Positions 49,645-59,700 of a DNA stretch of 64,000 nt are shown piece by piece (position 1 is the first letter of the stretch; each line of letters starts with the position of its first letter). Source of the DNA: Bacteriovoracaceae bacterium (lineage in GTDB: Bacteria; Bdellovibrionota; Bacteriovoracia; Bacteriovoracales; Bacteriovoracaceae); contig JABIHA010000020.1 of NCBI GenBank assembly GCA_018649885.1, positions 1 through 64,000 on the forward strand, in the 5' to 3' direction. The position numbers and the translations under genes were made by a program. The notes beneath the pieces are model-generated. The model was not told the origin of the DNA, did no database searches, and saw only the letters and a list, made by a program, of their open reading frames with translations.

Positions 49645-50967
49645 ATGAAAATAAAAAAGAATAAATTCATTTTATTTACAATACTTTTCTTATTCTCAAC
49701 CTCACTATTTTGTGCTGAAGACTTTGAGACTATGTTCACGAAATCTGTTAATCCTGACAGTGAGCCACAATCTAGACTGCAAGCTTTAACCTCAACACTG
49801 GTATTTGTTCAACGCGCTCCAAAGGCATTAGATCTGACAAAGGTGATGAGGCTTTTTTACCAACTAGACTTTGAGGGTGAAAACCTTGAAAATATAATAC
49901 TTATTTCTAAAATTCTCTCAGCGACAAATAACTTCGATTTATTAGGTTCTTTTCTCGAATACCTAACAAGGGGATTAAATGAAAATGCCTTTGTTGGTAT
50001 TATTGAAGCTTTGGTTACCTTTGATATCGCTGAGCACTACACACCTACTTATGTTGATATAATAAAAAATGATTTCAGGCCCGTAATTGAAAAACACTTG
50101 TCCAATTCAAAATTAGAGATTAAACAGGCCGCTGCCATGGCCCTATCTATTTATGGGGATGAAGCAAGTGCCAGAAAATTGATCTCTCTACTTTCAATAG
50201 AAAACGATCAAATGAGAGGGCAAATTGTGGCCTCTGTTATTGATATTGGATCAACGGGGGCCTTGTCTGAGTGTATTGAAGAAAACAATCCCGCGACTAT
50301 TAAATGGTGTAGTGAAGCACTCTCTACCATTGAAAAAGATCGAAAAGTTGCCAGACTAAATATCTTAGCAAAAAATACTATCCTAGATTTTTTAGAATCA
50401 TCAATTTATGATCCCAAAAAGGTTGAGGAAAAGGAACTTGTCGATAGGTTAGGATTAGAACATCCCAAAGAAGTCGTTCCAGACCCTGTGATGCTAGAGC
50501 TTGGTAACTTCACCCATGGAAAATTATTAAAAGTGCACCTTTCTAGTGAAGCGGCCATTATTTGTGAAAGGAGTTTCAGCTTCTATCTCTTTATTAAGGA
50601 GGACAAACTTGATGGGGCCAATCTATCAGAAGTACAACGTAAACATGATGAGTGCCTAGAAAGAATAGTTGAAAAAGAAATCACTCGTGCCAAGTATTAC
50701 CTTTCATGGGGAAGACGTGACCGAGACAAAAATAGTCCAAAGGCGGCCATCCCAATTCTTGAGGAGTTATTAACCGATAGAGATCTCGGTGTCTATCATA
50801 TTGATACAGTATTGATGCTTGCCCATGCCCACTTACTATTAAAGGACAAACCAAGTGCATTGGCAGCACTAGCCGAGCTCACTCCTGATAAAATGAGCAA
50901 ACGCCAACTAAGAAAATTCAAAAAGTACAGTAGGGCCGCAAATAAAAAATCAAGGGGGGAAAAATGA
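49645..50967 (+). CDS. periplasmic HEAT-repeat protein with BamD-like C-terminal TPRs
   Basis: Signal peptide, HEAT repeat IKQAAAMALSIYGD..ARKLISLL, then LERIVEKEITRAKYYLSWG...KAAIPILEELL...TVLMLAHAHLLL. ATGA overlap with the Omp85 gene. Confidence 0.65.
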   Translation: MKIKKNKFILFTILFLFSTSLFCAEDFETMFTKSVNPDSEPQSRLQALTSTLVFVQRAPKALDLTKVMRLFYQLDFEGENLENIILISKILSATNNFDLLGSFLEYLTRGLNENAFVGIIEALVTFDIAEHYTPTYVDIIKNDFRPVIEKHLSNSKLEIKQAAAMALSIYGDEASARKLISLLSIENDQMRGQIVASVIDIGSTGALSECIEENNPATIKWCSEALSTIEKDRKVARLNILAKNTILDFLESSIYDPKKVEEKELVDRLGLEHPKEVVPDPVMLELGNFTHGKLLKVHLSSEAAIICERSFSFYLFIKEDKLDGANLSEVQRKHDECLERIVEKEITRAKYYLSWGRRDRDKNSPKAAIPILEELLTDRDLGVYHIDTVLMLAHAHLLLKDKPSALAALAELTPDKMSKRQLRKFKKYSRAANKKSRGEK

Positions 50968-53276
50968 GATTCTTTTTCATACTGGTCCTGACTACTCTTT
51001 TACTCTCACTGGGAGCCTCCGCTGCTCAAACAACTGCAGGTGAGCAGTTCTCTATTGAAGGTCGCCTTATCTCAGAGTTGGTTTTCATTGATGATGAAGG
51101 AAAACCCATTGAAGATCCTGCACTTCTCTATATGACATTATCGAAAGTAGGACAGGAGTTAAATGCAGACGCCCTAATTATAGACATGAATACACTTGTG
51201 GGGAAATTTCCTGAATACTCTGAAATTGAAATCAATGTGGTGCCCATTGAAGGTGAAACAAATTTAAAGATTGAATTTCTTTTCCAAAAGAAAAGAGAAA
51301 TTTCACTGGTTCGAATCATTTTAGAGAATACTGAAGAAAACTATGAAGTTCGAGACCTTTTGCAGGCGCAAAAGGGGGTCATATTCAAAAGCACAAAGCT
51401 TGAAGCTGACAAAGAGACAATTCAAAAAGAATATATCAAAAAAGGTTATCCTGATGTTGAAGTTAATGCTGAAGTCCTAGATCAAGAGGGAGCAAGTACT
51501 GACGTGGTCATCAACTATCATGTGAAATCAGTGAGAGGCAGACAAATTGTCAAAGAAATCACGTTCAGTGGTAATACATCTATAAAACCCATGAAATTAA
51601 AAAAAGTACTTAAATCAAAAAAGGGAAATATATTTAAAAAGAGAGCACTTGACGTCAATAATTTTCCAGAAGACCTAGATAGAATTAAAATGGCCTACTC
51701 TGAAATTGGATTCATCGACGCAGTTGTAAGCTATAAGATTGAGGATATTAATAAAGACAAAGGCCATATTCGCTTAGTTTTTAATATAGTAGAAAATGAA
51801 AGATATGAAATTAAAAGCGTTACCATTAGTGGAAATGAAATATTTAAAACTAAGAAGGTTTTAAGTACCCTGGATTTCAAAGAGGGATCATACTTTAACT
51901 TCAAAAATGCCAGAAAAGGTGAACAGGCCTTAAGAGAAATATACGGGGCGCAGGGATATGTCTATGCCAATGTAAACCTTAGATTTAACTCTCAAGCAGG
52001 TGCCGTACTTTTAGAAATAGTTGAAGGCAGGCAATACACCATTAAATCAATTGAGGTATCCGGCAATAGCTATATGAAAGAAAGAACAATTCTCGATGAT
52101 GTGGATATTCTTCCTGGAGAAATTGTCAACATTGTTAAAATTCAAAAAATACTGAGAAAAATGAAATCTCTTGGCTACTATGATGAAGTCTTCTTTGACT
52201 TTGAACCCACTTCAGCAGAAGAGACTACCGGGAAAGTGATCATTAGAGTGGTTGAGGCCAGAGGCCAATACATACAATTTGGAGTGGGCGCCTCCGCAGG
52301 TGGCTTTATGGGCAATGTCAGCTATCAAGATCCAAATGCCTTTGGTTCGGGAAGCTTTTTTAGCATCTTGGCCAGCCAAGAAACTGAAATTACCAGACTC
52401 GGTTTAATTTTTAGGGATCCCCATTTATTTGGTTCAAGATTCGCCCTTGACTTTGAAGCTAGTTATAGCCATTTCTTTGATATTACAGAGAAAGTTTTTG
52501 ATCTCGGTGAATACACTCTCACTGGTTTTAGAACTCGTTTGATGATTACAAGAAAAATAAAAGAAAATCTTGAAATTGGATTGGGCACTAGAGTCCAATT
52601 CCTTAACGTCGAAGCTGTTTCTGAAGAACTAGCAAGTGAGATTCACGACGCTGAAGGAAGAGCGACTGTAGTGGGAATGATTAGTAGCATTGCCTATAAG
52701 ACAGAAGAGTTTGATAATAATGGTGAGAAAATCCAAGATTTTACGGCAAGCCTTTCTCTTTTACCTAGTTACTCTGATGATGGTGTCTATATTAAGGCCG
52801 TGGGACACGTTCTTGGGACACTTGACTTATATAAAGATAAAAAAGGTCGCCACCATACTCTTAGTGGAAGAATTACTATTGGTTATGCCAGTAATAACAC
52901 TCCATTTTTTGAAAAATTCTATGCTGGTGGCATGGGAACCATTCGAGGCCATAAAGAAAACTCAGTGACACCTTCAGGCTCTGTTGCCGGCGGAAATTTT
53001 CTTGCAAGCGCCAACCTCACCTATTCATTTCCTCTTGTTGAAGACATTGTAAGAGGGGTTGTGTTTATCGAAGCGGCCAATGTAAGCAGTGATATTACTG
53101 ACTTTTCAAATTTCAAAGTTGTCGCCGGAGCTGGAGTAAGGTTTAACTTAAAAAAGACTTTTCTGCGAACCACTGTTGAAGCAGGAGTCGCCCTACCACT
53201 ACTTAAAGCAGAAGGTGACCAACTCAAACCATTTTATTTTATTCTCGGGGACTATGATCCCTCATACGACCTATAG
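50964..53276 (+). CDS. Omp85/BamA paralogue (about 5 POTRA domains plus beta-barrel)
   Basis: POTRA motifs (ITFSGN, KGYP, VTISGN, QGYVYANV, IEVSGN, LGYYDEV). Barrel motifs NAFGSG, FEKFYAGGMGTIRGH, GGN, AGAGVRF. Confidence 0.9.
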   Translation: MRFFFILVLTTLLLSLGASAAQTTAGEQFSIEGRLISELVFIDDEGKPIEDPALLYMTLSKVGQELNADALIIDMNTLVGKFPEYSEIEINVVPIEGETNLKIEFLFQKKREISLVRIILENTEENYEVRDLLQAQKGVIFKSTKLEADKETIQKEYIKKGYPDVEVNAEVLDQEGASTDVVINYHVKSVRGRQIVKEITFSGNTSIKPMKLKKVLKSKKGNIFKKRALDVNNFPEDLDRIKMAYSEIGFIDAVVSYKIEDINKDKGHIRLVFNIVENERYEIKSVTISGNEIFKTKKVLSTLDFKEGSYFNFKNARKGEQALREIYGAQGYVYANVNLRFNSQAGAVLLEIVEGRQYTIKSIEVSGNSYMKERTILDDVDILPGEIVNIVKIQKILRKMKSLGYYDEVFFDFEPTSAEETTGKVIIRVVEARGQYIQFGVGASAGGFMGNVSYQDPNAFGSGSFFSILASQETEITRLGLIFRDPHLFGSRFALDFEASYSHFFDITEKVFDLGEYTLTGFRTRLMITRKIKENLEIGLGTRVQFLNVEAVSEELASEIHDAEGRATVVGMISSIAYKTEEFDNNGEKIQDFTASLSLLPSYSDDGVYIKAVGHVLGTLDLYKDKKGRHHTLSGRITIGYASNNTPFFEKFYAGGMGTIRGHKENSVTPSGSVAGGNFLASANLTYSFPLVEDIVRGVVFIEAANVSSDITDFSNFKVVAGAGVRFNLKKTFLRTTVEAGVALPLLKAEGDQLKPFYFILGDYDPSYDL

Positions 53277-53296
53277 AGCAAAGAGGGAAATGCTAG

Positions 53297-55066
53297 ATGA
53301 ATAATTTTTTGAGGTCCATTGTACTAATTACTATTATGCTCACTAACTCTTTTGCAGTTAGAGCGGCCAGTGATAGTATCGACTTCGAAAAAGAGAGAGC
53401 TGCTCTTGCAAAGCTTGACAAACATGCCTTTAAAAAATGGGGCAAGCTTGAAGCACTCCAAGCTGATCCAGTTTGGCTAGAAGAGCAGGCCGATAGCGAA
53501 ATATACGGCACCGTTTTTCATAAGGGGTGGTTTAACCCCAAAGTACAAAGACAAATTGTTCCAGATAAAGAAGATGGGCTGCTAGTAATAGATACCATAA
53601 TCTTAGGCCCTAAAATTATCTCACAAGTGGTCACTCTTTCGGCCAACTTAGCACTTTCTTATTTCTTCCCCTACGTTCAAGGTGGTCCAATACACAGCAA
53701 AACATTTTCTAATATCCGGCACGTCAAGACTTTTGAAGAGGGACTCAAGCTCCCCCACTTTCTCCTTCAGGAAACTCCATTAACCCACGCGGAATTTTCC
53801 AGTGAGCTAGACGCGGGTGAAATTCTCACAACCAAAACGACAAATGGGTTTTTCGCTAGATTTAGTCTAGATATTCTCGATTTAATTGGAGTCTCTAGCT
53901 TGATCCCCGTGCAACTGGGACCCAAGGCCAAACTTCACTTCCAGAAAACGCTGAAAGTCAGTATTGCTAAAAAAACTGAGGATCTTGCAGTCCTTTTAAT
54001 TGAAAACACCAAGGAAAAAGGTGTTGGCATCGGCATTGGATTTGGATTTACCTTTGACGATATTATCGATATTCCAGTATCAATTGGTATTAATGGTGCC
54101 TCTGGTTATACTCCATTCAAAGCAAATTTAAAAACTTCAACACAAAATATTGACTCTATTGCCTACGAAGTTGATCTCTCTGATCCCGAGGGCCTGGCCG
54201 CTTATCACAGTTTTTTGCAAAGTGATTTCACTGTTCTCCAAGATTTGGCCGAACTTGAAGACTCTCCTGTAAAAATGGAAGTCAGAAAAGTTGGAAAGGC
54301 GACAATCACCGAAAGAAATTTTGGGCTCGACTTACTGGCATGGAGAATTGGAAGAAGACATATCACAATGAGTGCTCTTTATGAGACGACCCTTCCAGGC
54401 GGACGCTTCTATAAGTATCAAGAAGCGATGAGTAAAAAAGTAAAAGACAGCGGTGGAATTGGAGGAAAAGAACAGACAAGTCTCAAGTTTTCAGTCATTG
54501 TCCCACTTAGCTCAAGCGAAGGACTTGATGAAAGTAAATCATTCACTCTAAATTCTGAATACACCTACCATGACTACCGCGCTAAAGGTAAGGAGCTAGA
54601 TAAAATATCAGATACTATAAGTAACTTCGGGCTCCCACTAGGCATTCCGGTCAATTTTTCACCTAAAGAAAATTATGATGAGGTTCTAGTCTACGCCAAT
54701 GTTCAATTTTCAGCAGTGGCCATGACAAAGATTATTAGCTCTGATTCACAAGACGTATGGATCGCAGTGGCCAGTGCCACGGGTCTTGCAGACCCTCTCA
54801 ACTGGGAGGATAAGAGCGCCAGAACATTATACAGTGTTACCAACAAGAAAAATCCAAAGAACCTTAGACGGTTATCTATAGCTCGAAAGGTTGTAGAAAA
54901 ACTCCATCTACTTAGATCACCCGATCTTCCACTAGCATTGAAGGCCAAAACTCTTCTAAGACAATTACAGAAGAAAAGGATTGGTCACCTCCTCCACAAG
55001 ACAATGGTCAATATTGTCGGCTGGGATATTTTAATGGGCCAAGGCCATATTAAAGGAAACCTTTAA
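53297..55066 (+). CDS. secreted beta-rich hypothetical protein ('domain X' alone)
   Basis: Signal peptide, 20 bp downstream of the Omp85 gene. Colinear similarity to the C-terminal half of 56705..59983. Confidence 0.8.
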   Translation: MNNFLRSIVLITIMLTNSFAVRAASDSIDFEKERAALAKLDKHAFKKWGKLEALQADPVWLEEQADSEIYGTVFHKGWFNPKVQRQIVPDKEDGLLVIDTIILGPKIISQVVTLSANLALSYFFPYVQGGPIHSKTFSNIRHVKTFEEGLKLPHFLLQETPLTHAEFSSELDAGEILTTKTTNGFFARFSLDILDLIGVSSLIPVQLGPKAKLHFQKTLKVSIAKKTEDLAVLLIENTKEKGVGIGIGFGFTFDDIIDIPVSIGINGASGYTPFKANLKTSTQNIDSIAYEVDLSDPEGLAAYHSFLQSDFTVLQDLAELEDSPVKMEVRKVGKATITERNFGLDLLAWRIGRRHITMSALYETTLPGGRFYKYQEAMSKKVKDSGGIGGKEQTSLKFSVIVPLSSSEGLDESKSFTLNSEYTYHDYRAKGKELDKISDTISNFGLPLGIPVNFSPKENYDEVLVYANVQFSAVAMTKIISSDSQDVWIAVASATGLADPLNWEDKSARTLYSVTNKKNPKNLRRLSIARKVVEKLHLLRSPDLPLALKAKTLLRQLQKKRIGHLLHKTMVNIVGWDILMGQGHIKGNL

Positions 55067-55269
55067 AAGTTACCTGGTAAGCTATCGACCAAAATACCCT
55101 GATAAATCTCAACCTAAATCATCACTAAAATCCTAGAAAGACAGGGATTCTGAAAAGTTTACTCATTGCATTACCTCGACATTGCGCTGCACAAACCTGG
55201 GTGTATATTGGCCCCCATAAGAATTAAATGTAGAGCATCAAATGGCAATCCCAACAGGAGGAAACGACC

Positions 55270-56307
55270 ATGAAAATCGCAAAGAAAGTATTAGCAGTTA
55301 GTACAATTTTGGCCCTTACAACTCCACTGTTCGCACAAGAAGCAGCTGAAGGAGTTAGGATCACTGACATTATGGTACAAACACAAAGTAGGTACCGCTA
55401 CCAAGAAAGTAACGGCACTAACAAGCTAGAGCAAAACGTTGTTCTTAAAGGTACAATCGATTTTAACGGACTATTTACATTAACTGGCGTTGTAAGAACC
55501 GGTGGAACTTATAATGGTGGATACAATGGTGTTATTATGCCAGACGCAGCTGAGGTATTTGATCCTTCAGGCGAGATGCATATCACACAACTTTATATCT
55601 CAAAAACTTTTGGTGAGAAAGTAACAGCTCAAGCAGGTGCCTTGGCCGTAGACAATGGAATTAGCAGTGCCGCTACTGGCCTTTCTGGCATTGGCTGGAT
55701 TGACGGTGCAAGAGTTGCTGTTAAAACACCTTACGGACGTATTGCTCTAGTTGGTGGATCTCTTACTGATCCGGGTAACTCTGATGCTTACTCAAGAGAA
55801 AGAAAACTCAACTATGTTGAACTTCACATGACAACTGAGACTTTTGCTAAAGTTTTAAAAGCACAAGGTGGAGTTGAATATCATGAGGACGACCTTTTTG
55901 CTAAGGCAGGACTTCAAGCTAACCTTCAAGAGGCAACGGGCCTTGCTATCTCAGCTTTTGCTGAAGTAGTTGTTAGAACAACTGGCGATGCTGGCGTTCT
56001 AGTAAGTGCCGGCGGTGCTGCTGATCTTCTCGCTATCTTTAGTGACAACAAATATACAGGTGTAAAAATCAGTGCCAAGTATATTTATGCATCAGACGCT
56101 GTTAAGGCTTCTGACAGATACTCAGGAGCTTATACAAGCGGACTTAACGCTTGTAGCGGTAATCACTGTGGAGTATTTGGACTAGCTGTCACTATCCCAA
56201 AAACTGACGGTAGAGTTACTGCTTTTGGAAACATAAGAGTTGATAGCGCTGGAATGGAATTTAATAGATACGAAGCTGGCGTTAAAGTAAAAATTGGAAG
56301 AAAATAA
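55270..56307 (+). CDS. porin-like outer-membrane beta-barrel protein
   Basis: AGGAGG RBS, signal ending PLFA, amphipathic strands (ITQLYISKTF, WIDGARV, YEAGVKVKI). Confidence 0.7.
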   Translation: MKIAKKVLAVSTILALTTPLFAQEAAEGVRITDIMVQTQSRYRYQESNGTNKLEQNVVLKGTIDFNGLFTLTGVVRTGGTYNGGYNGVIMPDAAEVFDPSGEMHITQLYISKTFGEKVTAQAGALAVDNGISSAATGLSGIGWIDGARVAVKTPYGRIALVGGSLTDPGNSDAYSRERKLNYVELHMTTETFAKVLKAQGGVEYHEDDLFAKAGLQANLQEATGLAISAFAEVVVRTTGDAGVLVSAGGAADLLAIFSDNKYTGVKISAKYIYASDAVKASDRYSGAYTSGLNACSGNHCGVFGLAVTIPKTDGRVTAFGNIRVDSAGMEFNRYEAGVKVKIGRK

Positions 56308-56337
56308 TATTTCAAAATAGTTTAGATTACCTAAGGG

Positions 56338-56366
56338 AGGGGCCAATCAAATTGGCCCCTTTTTTT
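56338..56366 (+). terminator. intrinsic terminator
   Basis: AGGGGCCAAT-caa-ATTGGCCCCT plus T-run. Confidence 0.88.
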
Positions 56367-56704
56367 ATTCAAAACTTGAAGGCTAAAGTCATCTCTAAAA
56401 CCTAGCTTACTTGCGACTTAAGCTAACTTAAGTACGCTGTATAAAAAAAACCATCTTATCTTCATGAATTTCCCATAATAGAACAATTTCAACTAGTTAC
56501 CCAAGGAAAAATCAGGAAAATAGCCTTTCATCACTAAAGAAAACTATTATGAAATCAGATAGATGAAGTGTTTCAAAAATATAAATTGCTGGAATCACTC
56601 ACACATTTACAAGTAACTATTACAGCTTGAGCTTGAAAGTGATCAGAATTTAGGTATGGTGTTGACGCACTGAATCAACACGAAGTATTTCGGAGGACTA
56701 AACC

Positions 56705-59700
56705 ATGTTACACAAACATAAAATCTTAATGATTATTCTCTCACTTACCCTTGTCTTTAATGCTTTCTCTAGAATTCACGAAGATGAGCTAGGCCTTGAG
56801 CATTCAGTTTCTCTTCGAGAAGCTGTGGTTAAAGATCTTCTGGCACCTACTTTGGAAGTAGATCAAGAAAAAGTTGATATTTTTATGGAGAAAATATCAA
56901 GAAGAGTTAGCCAACTTTTTGAAATAGAAAAGACAACTCTCATGTCCATGGGTGAAAAAGAAAAGAAAGCAAAAAAAGAATCTGCTAAGCAAGACTTGAT
57001 CATAGCTGGTAGATACATCATAAAGCTTTCAAAGCGTTTAAAAACCCTTGAAAATCCAACTGAAATTCAGTCTCTTGCAAAAAAGATTCTAAAAATTGAA
57101 TCATCCTTTGTTAAAGAAGGTCGCTACAACGCGATCACAGAAATACTTGGTGTCTACCGCGTTCTTTTATTTGAAAATCATGATTTGCCTCTGAATTCAA
57201 AAGGTAGAGAGCTTCCTTCAAACTTAGTTAATGAAAAGACAAAAAAATATTATTCTAGAGATGAGTTACGTGAGCTTGAAGCAGAGGGAGTAGATCTCTC
57301 AACAATTGATCCTCCAAATAACTCATTTTGGGCCAAGCCGGAAAATGTAGCTCAAGTGGACATTGTTGCTGACACAAAAGGTATTCCCACTAAATTCTTT
57401 TACAGCAGTGTCAAAAAATCTGATCACCACCCAAAATTGAAAGTCTATAGTGCTGATGGTGAAGAAAAAACTAAATGGAAATTTATGATTGGAAAACAAG
57501 TTAATACAGAATTTGTTGCCATGAGAATTATGGAATTGATGGGTTTCAAAATTGACCGCATGTACTACATCAAAACTCCAACAGTATATTTCAAAGATAA
57601 AGAAGAAAGAGATGCCATGCTTTTAGACTGGCTAGGCTTTTATAGTGCAAAAAAAGAATTACCACATATGGTATTCAAAAGCGAAGGAGAGCTTGAAACT
57701 CCAGTGCTAAACCACAAAGGGAAAAAATACAATTACTATGTGACATTCTATGAGGCAGCTCTAGAGGACCGCCCTAAAGATGAAGAAAGAATTGGTTCAT
57801 TTAAGCTCAATGAATTAGGTGCCTGGGAAAGAAGAGAAGTACGTGCCCAATTACTGGCCCAAGGCTATATTGCCAGTGGTGACATTAAAGAAGCGCACAA
57901 TAATAAGATAAAATTAGTTTCTACTGGAAAAGGTGAGTACGATGTTAATGAGCTAATTCATGACCTTGGAAAGTCACTTGGTAATCCTCTCGTAGGGATT
58001 CAAGTCAATGATTATCCTTTTGAGTGGATTAAGATTAAGGGGATTGGTGGAAATAAAAGAGTTCATTTTGACTACCGCAGATATCATATTATCAATAAAT
58101 TTAAAACTGACAAAAACCCATTCATGGTTGGTCACTACTCAGATACCAAATGGTCAGCAAGACTGCTTGCTCAAATCACCAAGAAACAGCTCCATGACAT
58201 TATTACTGGTTCTGGTTTTCCAAAGCCACTTGCTGAGCTCTATTATCAAAAGCTATTAACAAGAAGAGATAATGTGGTCAGAATTTTTAACCTTGAAGGT
58301 ACTAAAACTTCTGACAATAGAGTTGTTCAACTATTTAATACAAAGAAAATTAAACACCTCAAAAAAGAGCTCGACTTTGACTACAAAGGTGAGCAAGTAA
58401 TAAAAAATGGTGTACTGCTCAAAAACTTTAAAGATCATGGCTTCCCAATGCAATATCTTGGAGTTCCAGGAAAAATTGGACAGGCACTAGTAATGGGTCT
58501 TCAAGCCTTGGTAACAACTATCTCTGATACCGAATTATCTCAGAAGTTGATTCCGATTGACCTTCCCAATAGAGTTAAAGAAAGTACTGATGAATATAAA
58601 ACAGAATACTTTTTTGGACTCATAACATTTAAGTTTCACCGTAGCATCGAAACTACAAAGGCAAGATTAATAAGTGAGTATACCTATAAACTGACAGATA
58701 CTTTTCAAGTGAGACTTAATCTCGGAGGAAAGTACAAAACTCTTACAATTCCTTTTCAAGTAGGTGTTAAAGGAAATGCATTTGTTGGTCGTGAATACCA
58801 AAGAATTCATTATGTTGATTCTAGAAAAAAAGCGATGACAGCTGGCTGGGGAAAACTTCTGGCCCTCCCATTTAAGTGGAGAAAGCAGCTTGCTGAATCA
58901 CGAGTTCATGAAGGTATTCAAATTGCAGATATCATTGGCATTGAAGAAGGCGTTGAAGGAGCAGTAGGAATACCTACAATAGCTCAAGCTGGAGTAGAGA
59001 TTGAGGCTGAACAAAATGTTCTTAAACAAACAACAATGATAAAAGATGCAAATGGAAATGTTCTTGTTGCAGACGAGAAAGGTCCTGGGTACGAACTAGG
59101 AGCAAGTTTATTCACAAGATTTTTTGGAATGGACTTTCTACAGTTTAATCACCTAAGATATGGCATTTTCGGAGGCCACTCCACAGTAAAAAATTACGTT
59201 GTTGACCTTGCAAACGCAGATCAACACATGGAATTACTTCGAATTGTTCGCGGTGAAAGACTCTTCAAGGGATCAGATTTGCTACCTCTCGAAAGTGAAG
59301 AAAAAAGAGACTACAGAGGATCTGATGCAGAGGCCTCGGTCATCTTAGCTTCTCGCTCGACCCATAAGGAAGGCACTAAAAAAATAGAAACTTTTGCTGA
59401 TGGAACTCAACTGAGAACTCTTCACTTTGAAACTGAAAGAGAAAGATCTTCTATGATTAGAACTATTTCTGCCAGAGCAGAGGCCAAGATTAAATACATT
59501 GGCGTTAGTGATGAAATTGATAAGACAAGTATCACTCTACATGTGGACATTGAAGATCCAGCAACAAAGAATGAGGAGTTCAGTAGGTATATTAAATTAA
59601 TCAATACACTGGTTGCTGATGAAGAATTTATTATCTTCACACCTGAGCTATTTAACCGCGATCGTTATGAAGAAATTGTTGCCAGCGTTGATATCAAGTT

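Noticed and set aside
50964..53276. Assigning the symbol bamA or tamA
   Set aside because: Divergent motifs and no skp/lpxD or tamB context. Orthology cannot be established from this window.
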